DNA of 64,000 nt from Eledone cirrhosa (lineage: Eukaryota), in the NCBI GenBank assembly GCA_964016885.1, contig CAXHJY010000689.1:1-64000 (forward strand), written 5' to 3'. This document shows, in pieces, positions 1-16,665 of this stretch. The notes beneath the pieces were generated by a model that searched no databases, was not told the DNA's origin, and saw nothing but the letters and a program-made list of their open reading frames with translations. How positions within the stretch are numbered: position 1 is the stretch's first letter; every line of letters starts with the position of its first letter. The translations under genes and the position numbers were made by a program.

Positions 1-533
1 TTTTCTTCATCGACAGAATTCATAGTTGGAGCATACACACTCACCAGGGTAGCATATCTTCCCTTGTCCAGCGGAACTCTCATGGACATAAGACGCTCAC
101 TAATCCCCACTGGGAATTCTTCCAATTTATTCACCAGTACAGTCTTAACAGCAAATCCTACCCCAGCCTCTCTTCTGGTTCCTTCATCTCTTCCTTTCCA
201 GAAGAATGTATATTCTCCACAAAATTCCGTAAGATGACCATCCCCAGCTAACCTCGTCTCAGACAAAGCCACGATGTCAAGATCGTAACGTCGAAGCTCC
301 TTCGCAACAAGAGCGGTCCTTCGTTCAGGACGCTCCAAAGAATCCCTGTCAAGCAGCGTCCGTACGTTCCAGCAGCCAAGACTAAATGCCCTGTTTGGCT
401 CTATTACAATGGCACGATGACGGGCGGGCCCAGGTTGTGATAACTTGGGGCCCCTGCCCTTATTGCCAATGATCCTTTTTGTTCCAGAACCCAAATTGGC
501 AATTATCTCGTTTACATTGTTCTGGAACATCAT
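1..533 (-). CDS. RTE-clade LINE ORF, N-terminal APE (exonuclease/endonuclease/phosphatase) domain; continues beyond the window start
   Basis: Manual translation from ATG at 533, no stops: MMFQNNVNEIIANLGSG...AFSLGCWNVRTLLDRDSLERPERRTALVAKELRRYDLDIVALSETRLAGDG...YTFFWKG...REAGVGFAVK...ISERLMSMRVPL...ATLVSVYAPT. WNVRTL, ALSETR, GVGF and VYAPT are RTE APE motifs. Absent from the ORF track because it is open at the edge. Confidence 0.93.
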   Translation of the reverse strand, partial: MMFQNNVNEIIANLGSGTKRIIGNKGRGPKLSQPGPARHRAIVIEPNRAFSLGCWNVRTLLDRDSLERPERRTALVAKELRRYDLDIVALSETRLAGDGHLTEFCGEYTFFWKGRDEGTRREAGVGFAVKTVLVNKLEEFPVGISERLMSMRVPLDKGRYATLVSVYAPTMNSVDEE

Positions 534-541
534 TGAATTGG

Positions 542-572
<31 letters not shown>

Positions 573-577
573 TAATA

Positions 578-612
<35 letters not shown>

Positions 613-915
613 ACACTATTAATAATTATTAATGCACTCGTGCAATGCCTGTGCGTGACGAATATTTTTAAAGTGAGGAAAGACTGTGCACTGAACCAAT
701 CCCACTCTCTGAGCGACAGTAGCTATAACCCGAAAAGAAGAAAAGATCAACATCATCGGTAACTACTGAGCCGCAGGTTTTATATCGGAGTTAACCCAGT
801 TTCCTGAGATGCCTTCTCCTAGAAGAATACCCTGACATGGGCTAGGGGTTCTTCACTCCCAGTGGTTTAACTGCGCGATCGGGCATCCAGCCCGATTATT
901 TCTATGTCCCCGCGC
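1..915 (-). mobile_element. 5' part of an RTE LINE, including 5' UTR (534-915)
   Basis: APE ORF plus upstream sequence. The reverse complement of 640-860 is clearly homologous to 3678-3878. Confidence 0.85.
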
Positions 916-2127
916 AAAAAAAAAAAAAAAAAAAAAAAAAAATTACTTATTGACACTTATACGTACGACATACACACACACGCATACATATGCGTGCACA
1001 CAGCAACACTCACACACACAACAAACACACACACACGCTACTCTACTCACTTACACGCACACACACACATATATATATATATATTACCGTCATTACTGAT
1101 ACAAGATTACCAGATTATGTCAACTGTTGACTTTCAAGAGTTTGTATAGTTGAAGCCGATCGTATTACAGTCCAGTATTACTATAATTGCTTTACAGCAT
1201 AGAGTTATGGCTCTCCACGGAGTCAACAAAAGAGAGTACCAGTGATGCGCTGGCCAGTCGCTGGATCCGTGCCAAAAGCAGAAAAATTATTATTAAAGTT
1301 GTTCTTAAGGCCAGGTCGCTGGTGATGGTGATGGCGACGGCGGTGGCGGTGGTGGTGGTGGTGGCAGTTGATGTTGTTGTTCTGTTGTGTGTGTGTGTGT
1401 GTGTGTGTGTGTTTTGTTATTTTGAGTTTTTTTTTTTTTTTTTTTTTTTCCTTTCTTTTTTTTCCTCCTTTTTTTTTTTCTCTTTTTTTTTTTTTTTTTC
1501 CCCTTCCCTTTTCTTTTTTCTTTTCCCTTCCTTTTTTTATGTTTTGATGCCGCTGTTGTTGTTGTTGTTGTAATTGTTGTAAATGTTCATTTCAGTTCAT
1601 TCTGAAGCTGTTGTTGCTGTAAACATTAGTGCCGGTGTTGTTGTTGTTGTAGATGTTGGGGTTGAAATCTGGTAGTTTGACTGAGTGATGTATATACACA
1701 CATATACATACACACACATATATATATATACATTCAACAGAGAGTAGAGAGTTTGACAACAGGTCGATGACTTTAGTCTCGATAGGGTATGGTATGGTAA
1801 TGACATGTGATGGTGGGGAGAGAGTGTAGACGTTATTGTGGTGGTGTGGACAGTGAGATGTATCTAGTTCATTTGACCGTTTTCTTCTCTTAGCAAAATT
1901 TGAATTCTAGCCATGTTATATTGAGATGTAAGTAAATTTAAAATATAAATAAGGATTGCTCTGCTAAAATATACTAAAATATTTGTGTAACTTCCACAAA
2001 CTTCTGTCGTGACATTCCCGAGTCCAGTAACCAACAAATTGTTGTATTTTGATGTTTCAGAATACAAAAATTAATTAAAAACTTACCCCACGAAGAGACA
2101 GCGTGTGTTGTCCTATCTATAAGCTCC

Positions 2128-2146
2128 CTATATATATATGTATATA

Positions 2147-2178
<32 letters not shown>

Positions 2179-2289
2179 CGTATATATATATATATATACG
2201 TATATATATATATATATATATATATACGTATATATATATATATATACGTATATATATATATACGTATATATATATATACGTATATATAC

Positions 2290-2335
<46 letters not shown>

Positions 2336-2389
2336 GTATATATATATATATACGTATATATATATATATACGTATATATATATATATAC

Positions 2390-2443
<54 letters not shown>

Positions 2444-2724
2444 GTATATATATATATACGTATATATATATATACGTATATATATATATATACGTATATA
2501 TATATACGTATATATATATACGTATATATATATATATATATATATATACGTATATATATATATACGTATATATATATATACGTATATATATATATATATA
2601 CGTATATATATATATACGTATATATATATATACGTATATATATATATATATATATATACGTATATATATATACGTATATATATATACGTATATATATATA
2701 TATACGTATATATATATATATACG

Positions 2725-2785
<61 letters not shown>

Positions 2786-2820
2786 GTATATATATATATA
2801 TATACGTATATATATATACT

Positions 2821-2851
<31 letters not shown>

Positions 2852-2866
2852 GTATATATATATACT

Positions 2867-2901
<35 letters not shown>

Positions 2902-3060
2902 GTATATATATACGTATATATATATATATGTATATATATATACGTATATATATATATATATATATATATACGTATATATATATATACGTATATATACGTA
3001 TATATATATACGTATATATATATATATATGTATATATATATACGTATATATATATATACG

Positions 3061-3092
<32 letters not shown>

Positions 3093-3359
3093 CGTATATA
3101 TATATACGTATATATATATATATATATATATACGTATATATATATATATATATATATACGTATATATATATATACGTATATATATGTATATATATATACG
3201 TATATATATATATATATACGTATATATATATATGTATATATATATACGTATATATATATATATATATATATACGTATATATATATATACGTATATATATA
3301 TATACGTATATATATATACGTATATATATATATATATATACGTATATATATATATATAC

Positions 3360-3393
<34 letters not shown>

Positions 3394-3401
3394 GTATATA
3401 C

Positions 3402-3437
<36 letters not shown>

Positions 3438-3446
3438 GTATATGTG

Positions 3447-3483
<37 letters not shown>

Positions 3484-3675
3484 GTATATGTGTATGTATA
3501 TATATATATATATATATATATACGTATATGTGTATGTATATATATATATATATATATACGTATATGTGTATGTATATATATATATATATATATATGTGTA
3601 TGTATATATACGTATATGTGTATGTATATATATATATACATGTATATATATATACGTATATGTGTATGTATATAT
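2128..3675. repeat. (TA)n microsatellite array interrupted mainly by CG (TACG)
   Basis: Direct reading of the sequence. Confidence 0.97.
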
Positions 3676-4090
3676 GACGGGAGAGATGACCCCTTAGCCT
3701 TTGTCAAGGCAGAATTCTAGGAGAAGGAAAACTCTGATATAACACCTGCAACCCTGATGGTATCCAATGATGTTGACTTGTTCTTCTTTTTGGTAAATAT
3801 CATCTTGGTTAAGAGAGTGGGACTGGCTTTGTGCAGTGCCTTTGCTCACTATAAAAGCTTCACGGCACAGGCATTGCTTTATATCTGGAGTTCTCTCTGC
3901 ACTTGTCGTCACATGGTACCATGGGCCCAGCACTATGTGTCAATAATTGTCACAAGTGTAGTGTTTGAACCAGAGTTTTCAAGTCACTGCTGGACTTAAA
4001 AGTCACACTCGTCAGCGCATCGGTAGGGGTTCTCCTACATGGATATAAAGTAGTGGCCGTACTCGAAAACGAGTTGGCAGCCACCATATA
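3676..4090 (+). mobile_element. Non-autonomous bipartite RTE derivative (5' UTR joined to 3' end)
   Basis: 3678-3878 matches the RTE 5' UTR at 640-860 (reverse complement). 3950-4025 encodes a decayed C2H2-like C-terminus ([19 protein letters not shown]). It ends in GGCCGTACTCGAAAACGAGTTGGCAGCCACCATATA. ATATATATACGTATATGTGTATGTAT occurs on both flanks (possible target-site duplication). Confidence 0.8.
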
Positions 4091-8756
<4,666 letters not shown>

Positions 8757-8832
8757 TACAAGGTGTCCCAGACACATGTATGCACACTTCAACAGCATTA
8801 TAATCAAAGTGTATATACATTTTTGCGACACA
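8757..8832. mobile_element. Short Tc1/mariner-type MITE remnant
   Basis: TA-CAAGGTGTCCCAG...ACATTTTTGCGACAC with imperfect TIRs; related to 62187-62223. Confidence 0.45.
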
Positions 8833-8838
8833 CATATA

Positions 8839-8882
<44 letters not shown>

Positions 8883-9010
8883 AAAGTTCTATTTAAAATT
8901 GTTGGGATACAACAAGTAAATATTTTATAACTGATATAAAGCACTCGACAAGTTTTTGGAGTAGATATACGATATTAAATAAATGGAAACTATATTTATA
9001 AAACCATATT

Positions 9011-9075
9011 TATTTCATTATACATATTTCAGGGATACCAAATTAAAATATGGTATGCCTTCATCAGACAAAATA
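9011..9075 (-). ncRNA. Minimal type I hammerhead ribozyme (in pLTR)
   Basis: UAUUUUGU-CUGAUGA-AGGCAUACCA...UGGUAUCCCU-GAAA-UAUGUAUA-AUGAAAUA. Confidence 0.8.
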
Positions 9076-10481
9076 CAATATATAAACAGTTTTATAAATA
9101 ATTTTGACGTACCCTATTAGATGCGACCATTATTTTTGGAAGCTCTCTGGATAGTGAGATGTTTATAATTATTTTATTAGTTATAGTGTTAAGCACAGTT
9201 AGAAAAAAGACGGAGAGAAAGAAAAAACGGAGAGAGAGAAGGAGAGAGAAAAAGAAGGAGAGAGATAAAAGGAAGATATATATAAATAGGTAGGAGGAAA
9301 TGAAAAAGAAAGAAAAAAGAAAGACAAAAGAAAGACAAAAGAAAGCAACAGAGAGATAATAATTCATGATACAGATAGAGAAACTCAAGAGAGAGGAAGT
9401 ACTATATAGAGAGAAGAGGATACAGTGACAACTTTACGTCATGTCATATTAAGTTGAATTAACAATTCATATGAAATGAATAATAAAAATGTAAATATCA
9501 ATATTCATGAATGAGACATAGATATATAATATGAGAAAATAACATTGTTCACTAATGACCATATGTTTAGTTTAAAACCTTGAGGTCAATATACCAAAAT
9601 CTGAGTTAAAACCTTCAAAAATTACCCTATTTATAAAAATACGGATACACATATGTATATATATATACACGCATATGTACGTTCTGAAAAAAGAGAAAAT
9701 TATGTCTACACCAGTCAATAATATAGACATACAAATGATTTCACTTGATCACTTCTATAATTTTTTGTGTTATAAACATTTCACAGTATATATACATAAA
9801 AGTACGATTAATATTCATGTCCTCACATATGATTACCGTTCATGTATTTAATATTATGCATATCTGCACCACAGATCAACATATACACACACAACTATAC
9901 ATACACATATATATGTATAAATAAATATCTGCGTGAGTTTTCCAGCATCGTTATGCATATATACAGACATATATACGAACACATAAATAAACTCTATAAA
10001 CCTTTTATATGCATGTTAATACACACAAATGGCCTTTGTATAGAGATAATCAAATATCAATATATTAATACAGAAATATCAAAGCATTAAATATCTTTAA
10101 CACACTATAGAGTATCTCAAGTTAAAACAATATGTTTTATATATTTATTATAGAAATCTATCCTACCTATATCTCAAACAAGATATTGCAAGGGTAGACA
10201 TATGAAAGTTATTAGAAGCTCTGAGTCAAAAAACAAATAAAAAAAACAAAAATAATTTAAAAGATTTATAAGACCCAGTGATTCTACGGATGCCCTTATA
10301 TTTAGTATAGAAATTTATCTTACGTAAATTTTATTTAATAGATTGGGAGCATATACATTATAGAGTAGTTTATTATATCCTTGTTTATATTTAGGAAGAA
10401 AGTTTAAAAAGAAAAAGGTGAAGGAATCTAATGATTTATCGTCAGGTTTCATATATTAACTAAATTTCTTAATTAATTATA

Positions 10482-11201
10482 CTACATTTTAAATTTATAT
10501 TTATATTTAAACTTTGAGTTCAATCTATGTCTGCAGCAACTGAATAAATTGCTCCTTAAATTAAGGGAATTTTTGGACTTTAATATAAAGAATATTTCCT
10601 CTACACAAAGATCGCAAGTCTCTGATGAGGAATTAAAAGGAATTCCTTTTGAGACAATATTCCAAATCATCGAATATTTAACATTATCTCGTTTAAGGTG
10701 CCAGAGTAGGCTAGATAGCGAAGTTGAGGATTTTTTGTTTGGATCTGTGAAAGAATTCTTATGATTATTGAAGCGAAGTTTAAATTCTGTCGAGGTGGAA
10801 CCAACATAGTTAAAAGAATTTAAATTAGTTTTAACATTACAATTGTACACTACATTTTTAGCTAAGCAGTTGTTATTTAACGGACAGTTAGATTTATTTC
10901 TACAGTTACAGTTATTTAATTGAATATTGTTTGGGTTATTATTGGTATTTTGGTTAGGTTTTAAATTCCTATTATTAATTCTGTTAATATTTTGTGCTAA
11001 ATTTTTGGTGGACGAGTAAGTTAATTTTATAGTGTGTCTATTAAAAATTGAGTGATATTTATGTGTTCTAGGGAAGCGTTTGTCAAGAGCATTAAAGAAT
11101 AGTTTAGCAATATGGGTTTTAATATTTAGTGAGAAGGGGGGGGGGGCAAACCATAATATATTTCTAGTTCTATTTCTTTTTCGGCTTTTGGAATTATTGT
11201 A
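10482..11201 (-). CDS. PLE C-terminal linker plus GIY-YIG endonuclease (5'-truncated, frame open)
   Basis: Translation upstream of the track ORF stays in frame: RNRTRNILWFAPPPFSLNIKTHIAKLFFNALDKRFP...IFNRHTIKLTYSS...CNCRNKSNCPLNNNCLAKNVVYNC...YVGSTSTEFKLRFNNH...CDLCVEE...LNLRSNLFSCCRH. Shows a Cys linker, the VVY/YVG motif, and conserved R, E and N. Confidence 0.9.
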   Translation of the reverse strand, partial: YNNSKSRKRNRTRNILWFAPPPFSLNIKTHIAKLFFNALDKRFPRTHKYHSIFNRHTIKLTYSSTKNLAQNINRINNRNLKPNQNTNNNPNNIQLNNCNCRNKSNCPLNNNCLAKNVVYNCNVKTNLNSFNYVGSTSTEFKLRFNNHKNSFTDPNKKSSTSLSSLLWHLKRDNVKYSMIWNIVSKGIPFNSSSETCDLCVEEIFFILKSKNSLNLRSNLFSCCRHRLNSKFKYKYKFKM

Positions 11202-11512
11202 ATGTTTTCTATTATAGTTGTTAGGGTTGTTACCGTAATTAAAATTGTTATTATTTTGGTTATTTCTTTCTTTTTTCTTTCTTTTTCATTCCCTCCTATC
11301 TATTTATATATATCTTCCTTTTATCTCTCTCCTTCTTTTTCTATCTCCTTCTCTCTCTCCGTTTTTTCTTTCTCTCCGTCTTTTTCTAACTGTGCTTAAC
11401 ACTATAACTAATAAAATAATTATAAACATCTCACTATCCAGACAGCTTCCAAAAATAATGGTCGCATCTAATAGGGTACGTCAAAATTATTTATAAAACT
11501 GTTTATATATTG

Positions 11513-11577
11513 TATTTTGTCTGATGAAGGCATACCATATTTTAATTTGGTATCCCTGAAATATGTATAATGAAATA
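11513..11577 (+). ncRNA. Minimal type I hammerhead ribozyme (inverted pLTR copy)
   Basis: Same motif as 9011-9075, on the plus strand. Confidence 0.8.
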
Positions 11578-11915
11578 AATATGGTTTTATAAATATAGTT
11601 CCCATTTATTTAATATCGTATATATATATATATATATAAAACATGAGAAGAAAGAATACTGCGTGGTTGCACATGGGTTACATATGATAAAAATAGTCCT
11701 TCATCAGTGATTTTCCAACCTTCATTGGTATTTCATCGCTTTAAAAATCATATACCTCCAGTTGGTGCGAGCAATAGCTAAATAAAACTATTGGGACAAG
11801 TAAATCGCGTAAAGCGAGCGAGACAAGTAAACAAACATAGAAGGATAGCAACGCAAAGATAGGAAAAAACAAGCACATGGGAGTCCGATCAGCTTTAGCT
11901 GTGTGGATTTCATGG

Positions 11916-11979
<64 letters not shown>

Positions 11980-12087
11980 AGTAGAAGGGGTATTTAATTT
12001 GTTGGAAATCCAATAACTATCCAGTGAATTTCCAACCGATAAGGTATGATTTTCATGGGTATGTCTCTATTTATAAAACAAACTTTG

Positions 12088-12150
12088 TATTTTATCTGAT
12101 GAAAGCGTATCAATGTGTCTTGGTACCCTTGAAATATATATAATAAAATA
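12088..12150 (+). ncRNA. Minimal type I hammerhead ribozyme in a related solo pLTR fragment (about 11980-12200)
   Basis: UAUUUUAU-CUGAUGA-AAGCGUAUCAA..UUGGUACCCUU-GAAA-UAUAUAUA-AUAAAAUA. Perfect 8-bp stem I; differs from the 11513 copy while keeping the pairing. Confidence 0.82.
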
Positions 12151-12216
12151 AACATGGTTTTATAAATATAGTTTCCATTTATTTAATATGATTGTATATA
12201 TGTATATATATATGTC

Positions 12217-12268
<52 letters not shown>

Positions 12269-12342
12269 TATAAATATGCTGACCACTGTGCTACCGTTAC
12301 ACTCCTTCGATTCAAATTAGAAGCTATATTCATAGGTATAGA

Positions 12343-12397
12343 GATGTGTTGGTGTAATGGATAACTAAAGATGTGGGTTCGACTCCCATGTACGTCA
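12343..12397 (+). repeat. tRNA-derived SINE head or tRNA pseudogene fragment
   Basis: A-box-like TGGTGTAATGG and B-box GGTTCGACTCC; anticodon arm missing. Confidence 0.5.
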
Positions 12398-12540
12398 ATA
12401 CTCATCTTTTTCCATTTCTTAGAGGGTTCTAAACCCCACTATCAAGCTAAAATTTCTTTAGTAAAAAAATTACGTAGAAAGCTTCTATTTCTAATTTCAC
12501 ACTCGCTCGCTGTCTCAAAACAAACTTACTTACAAATATG

Positions 12541-12686
<146 letters not shown>

Positions 12687-12934
12687 TATATATAATGTGT
12701 ATATAATGTGTATATGTATTCATTTCATTCCATTTAATTTGTTTAAAGCTGTCTTCCAGTGTCGTACAAAAGCGTTTGGGTAATTATAATACTCCCTTGC
12801 CTTACTCCGCTTTCAATATTAATCTTTTCACTTTCCGTCTGAAGTCTTATGAATGATTTAAAAAATAATCTCTATATATAGTTAATGTATTCCTTAAACA
12901 TACTTGGTTAGCTGTTGAAAACTCTACTTTGATT

Positions 12935-13625
12935 ACTCGACCAGCACCGCCTTGCTTGTGTTCGTGCGGCCTCCAAACCCCACAGTGGTGCCTGGCTCCA
13001 TGCTCTGCCCTCCTTCTCCACTGGCACGCAGCTAGACAACCATAGCCTGCGAATCGGCGTTTCCCTGATGCTCGGCCTCCGGATCTGCCAGCTACACCAA
13101 TGTCGCTGCGGTTCCACCGTGTACTCTTTCGGCCTCCACCCGCTTTCCTGTCTCCACAGTGCGACCGTGTTCCACGCCATACTGCCCTCAACGAGGTCAT
13201 TAAGCATGGCTTGGACGCTGCAGGCTTCCCTTCCCAGCTCGAGCCGGTGGGGCTGGATCGAGGGGACGGCAAAAGGCCAGATGGCATGACCATCTTCCCG
13301 TTCCGACACTTTCTGCAGCCGCAAACTGGTGCAGTCTGCGACTGACCCAGGTTCTGCTGCACGTCGGGCTGAGGGGGCCAAACTCCTCAAATACGGGTCG
13401 CTCTCCGACAGGTTTGCGGTCGTTCCCCTGGCAGTGGAAACTTCTGGTGTCCTCGGCCCCAGGGCTACCTCCTTACTCACCACCATAGGCGCTGAGCTGG
13501 CCAGACGCAGGTGTGAGCCCCGCGAGTTGGAGTGGCTTTTCCATCGCGTCTCCCTTGCCATCCTCCGAGGAAACGCCTTCTCCATTCTGTCCACCGGGGC
13601 TGTGGGTGGGCCCCATCGCATACCA
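12935..13625 (+). mobile_element. CRE-type non-LTR retrotransposon 3' fragment (Zn knuckle plus restriction-like endonuclease), frameshifted
   Basis: GC-rich. Across frames: SGAWLHALPS...[29 protein letters not shown] / RHTALNEVI...[21 protein letters not shown] / DTF...AARRAEGAKLLKY...VPLAVETSGVLG...LFHRVSLAILRGNAFSIL. The WDAT segment is deleted. Confidence 0.88.
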
Positions 13626-14049
13626 TTACATTAGTTAAATACCATTCTTTCATCTCATACATATATATAAGATTACTCACTGTTTTCTTGGTTGGTTGAG
13701 GTCTAAGACAATAGAGAATTTTGGTAAATTATTTATATATGTTAGGCGGAAGGTTGAAGTAGCCGTAGTATTTAAGGTCTGTAATCTTACCCCTTGTATA
13801 TATGTTTGTGTTTGTGTATGATGATGATATTGTCCCAGTTGCTGAGATTTTCTTTTTATATGCTTACCTCTGTGTTAAAGCTGATTTTCGTCAGTAGGCA
13901 GACTTTCCCTCTTCATTTCAAATTGCAGGCCTTGTGCCAAAAGTAGAAACAATTATTAAAAACCATTCATATTTCGAAAAACTTTAGCTTGTATTTTGAA
14001 CAATATATTTTCCAAATTAATCAATATTTTATGATTATTCATGCCTTAT

Positions 14050-14525
14050 CTTTCGGATTTCTACCCAGAAAAATAGAAATATCATTCTTCAGAACATCTG
14101 TTGAGTTAGTGTTGTTGTATGGATCAGTTAAATGGACTCTGACACACGCACCTAAGATGAAACTAGATAGTACATACACTAAAATAGTTAGGGTTGTACA
14201 AAACCTAAAATGGCGTCAACGTATTACAAATGAAATTTCATCTGAAACGTGCTCAAAATAACAATTACAATCCGAACTATTGCTCTAAGACGGTTACGAT
14301 TTGTAGGACATTACTAGATAAGTAAGCAGAAAGTTATACATAAGCTACTATTGTGGGAACTAACTCACGGGAGACGCAGTAGAAGACCTGCTCGAACCTT
14401 CATCGTTCAACTAGCAAACGATACAAACCTCAGCAGAGAGCAGTTGCGAGAAGCAATGAAAAATCATTAATTGTGGAGAGATTTTGTGTGGAATGTTCGA
14501 CTGTGGTCGCAATGTAGATGATGAT
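14050..14525 (+). mobile_element. RTE/RTE-X LINE 3' fragment, decayed
   Basis: FFRTSVELVLLYGSVKWTLT...LDSTYTKIVR..W..ITNE, then RRLRFVGH, KLLLWE.THG and RPARTFI; ends in short (GAT)n. Confidence 0.8.
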
Positions 14526-14760
14526 CTTTCGGATTTAATGAATTTACTGTCAGTTTTAATGACCATTTTCAAAGAAAGAATATTGGTGATATGATGTGAA
14601 CAGTGTTGCATCTATTTTATATTCTTTATCACCTAATATTCACCTACTGAATTAACTTCAAACGACTAAGTAATTTACAAATTCAAATATTCAGATGAAA
14701 GATACAAAATTAATGTCTCTGATATATACATCTACTGCACATAGTTGCCGATTAACTATG

Positions 14761-14957
14761 TATAAGGTGTTTTAAAAAATTTGGTATCATTTGAGATGTA
14801 AATATCTAGGAAACTAAAAATTCTAGGACAACAAGACTGAGTAGGCTTAATGTTCAACAACATAAGATTTGTTATAACACTAATTCATAATATATATTTT
14901 AATGTGACAACCTTGCGAACAGGCCATTGATATCAACGTTTTGGAAACACCCTGTAT
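14761..14957. mobile_element. Tc1/mariner-type MITE
   Basis: TA-TAAGGTGTTTTAAAAAATTTGGTATCA ... TGATATCAACGTTTTGGAAACACCCTG-TA; imperfect TIRs with TA flanks. Confidence 0.6.
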
Positions 14958-14984
14958 ATGCAACAAAGAAACATTACGTTATCA

Positions 14985-16010
14985 CACATCAGACAAGAAA
15001 TTATACTTGAAAATAATTAGTTGTTAACATAGTAAATGTATATAGAATACTCCCAAAAGATTAGAGTAGTGAAGGAGCTAAGAAAAAGATAGGGAATTCC
15101 AACTCATGGTATGACAGCCCAAAATACCAGAGTGTGATGTTCGTCGATGCTACCCTTAGAAGTGAACTAACGTATCGTTTTGGAAGAACTTTAGAAAAAA
15201 TGAATCTTGGGATTAAAGTAGTAGAAAAACCAGGAGCTTCAATAAAATGCCGGATTAGTAGGATATAGCCCTTTAAGAAAACCCCCTGTTTTGACGGAAA
15301 CTATTGTCTGTAAGGTAAGCCTACAGATAAATTGTAAAACTAGTAATGTAGTCTATAGGATAATATCTACTGAGAGACGATACAGAAACAAGAATACGAC
15401 ATACATAGGAGAGACAGCCTCTAGTATATGAGAGAGATCAAAGGAACACTGGCGAGCACTTAAGCTCATCAGTGCTATACCAACATGCCAAACTAAAACA
15501 CGAGGGATAACATAGAAATAAAGATATTATCCACACGTACAACTGACGCAACACTCAGACAAATTACGGAGACCACACACATAATAGAAGATAGTCCTAG
15601 CATGAACAGAAACCACGAGGGGAATAGTAACATCCCGCAACTTAACAACTGAAGAAAGAATGGAGAAAAACCTAAACAGCAAACGATACAAATCCACACA
15701 CACATATAACACATGTAGACATGACAAATGCATACAGACACACATACAGACAAACGCAAACGCATGCTCATACACGAAACACAAAAAAATGCACCTTAAA
15801 ACAAAGACAAGATAGAGCAGAAGTTTAAGACCAGGAAAAAAAGGAGACTCAAAACAGATGATCATTGCGGAGGTCACAGAATGTGTGGCGAAAGAACTCT
15901 GACAAACAAATGAATAACGAACAATAAAGATAAAATGAAAATTATATGATGCGTGTGTTTCTTTCTATTGGAAATATTGGCAACATGACCAGCCCCAAAT
16001 ATAACAATAT
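14985..16010 (+). mobile_element. Decayed copy of the Naiad-like PLE at 43141-44303
   Basis: Colinear similarity (AACTCATGGTATGA, KYQSVMFVD.TL, VVEKPG, NCKTSNVVY, YIGETA, RQITE), a degenerate hammerhead at about 15860-15903, and the same TTGGCAACATGACC..CCAAA.TATAACAA end. Many stops and frameshifts. Confidence 0.85.
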
Positions 16011-16070
16011 ATGTATATATATATAATAATACAAGGACGATTTGTTAAGCCTTTATTACGTCTATTGATT

Positions 16071-16147
16071 GAGGGTGCGCGTTTCGCTATTGATCAGCTC
16101 AAGGTTCGATCTGGCCCGACTCTGGAATCAAAAGCTCGTCGGACCTC
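16071..16147 (-). ncRNA. Degenerate hammerhead motif
   Basis: GAGGU-CCGACGA-GCUUUUGAU...AUCAAUAGC-GAAACGCGCA-CCCUC. Two core substitutions; probably inactive. Confidence 0.5.
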
Positions 16148-16197
16148 TGCTGTTGTAATGATAGAATGAACCTACAGTAACTTCACGCTACACTCCC

Positions 16198-16229
<32 letters not shown>

Positions 16230-16413
16230 CAAACACAGTTCAAGAGTAACCAATCTTAAAGAGAGAGATGGAGATAGGAGAGGAGATAGGAGAGGAGAGA
16301 TTGGTGAATTAGTTAGAAGCCAAAGCGTAAAGGCATGTGCTCAATGTGCAATATGCAGTAGAAAGCAGCTAGGTGGCTGGGTTCATGCAGAAGTTAGGCG
16401 CGCAGAGCTGGAA

Positions 16414-16621
16414 ATATTCATTAGTTAAGCAAAACAAGACCACAAATTTCACAAGGATCCAGAAATATTATATGGAGTAGCGAAACAATTGTAAACGGAC
16501 ATTATTATTATTAATATTATTATTATTATTCTCTACATTCCTTACATCAAACTAAAATATGTTGACAATCTTTTAATAATGTCTTCCTTGTGAAATTTGT
16601 GGTCTTGTTTTGCTTAACTAA

Positions 16622-16628
<7 letters not shown>
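16414..16628. repeat. 44-bp inverted repeat
   Basis: 16414-16457 is the reverse complement of 16585-16628. Confidence 0.9.

Positions 16629-16660
<32 letters not shown>

Positions 16661-16665
<5 letters not shown>

Larger units (their letters stand above)
8878..11622 (-). mobile_element. 5'-truncated Penelope-like element with 3' pseudo-LTR and inverted 5' pseudo-LTR copy
   Basis: About 8965-9325 is the near-identical reverse complement of about 11264-11622. A GIY-YIG coding remnant lies between them, each repeat has a hammerhead, and both ends abut (TA)n. Confidence 0.9.

Noticed and set aside
11640-11720. Hammerhead at CTGATGA (minus strand, 11701-11707)
   Set aside because: No matching stem II closure plus GAAA and cleavage triplet found; at most a half motif.
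12343-12397. Functional tRNA gene (also tRNA-like heads at about 24362 and 48850-48925)
   Set aside because: No complete cloverleaf; these are SINE heads or fragments.
12847-13621. Minus-strand ORFs of 171 and 237 aa
   Set aside because: Antisense shadows of the GC-rich CRE fragment encoded on the plus strand.
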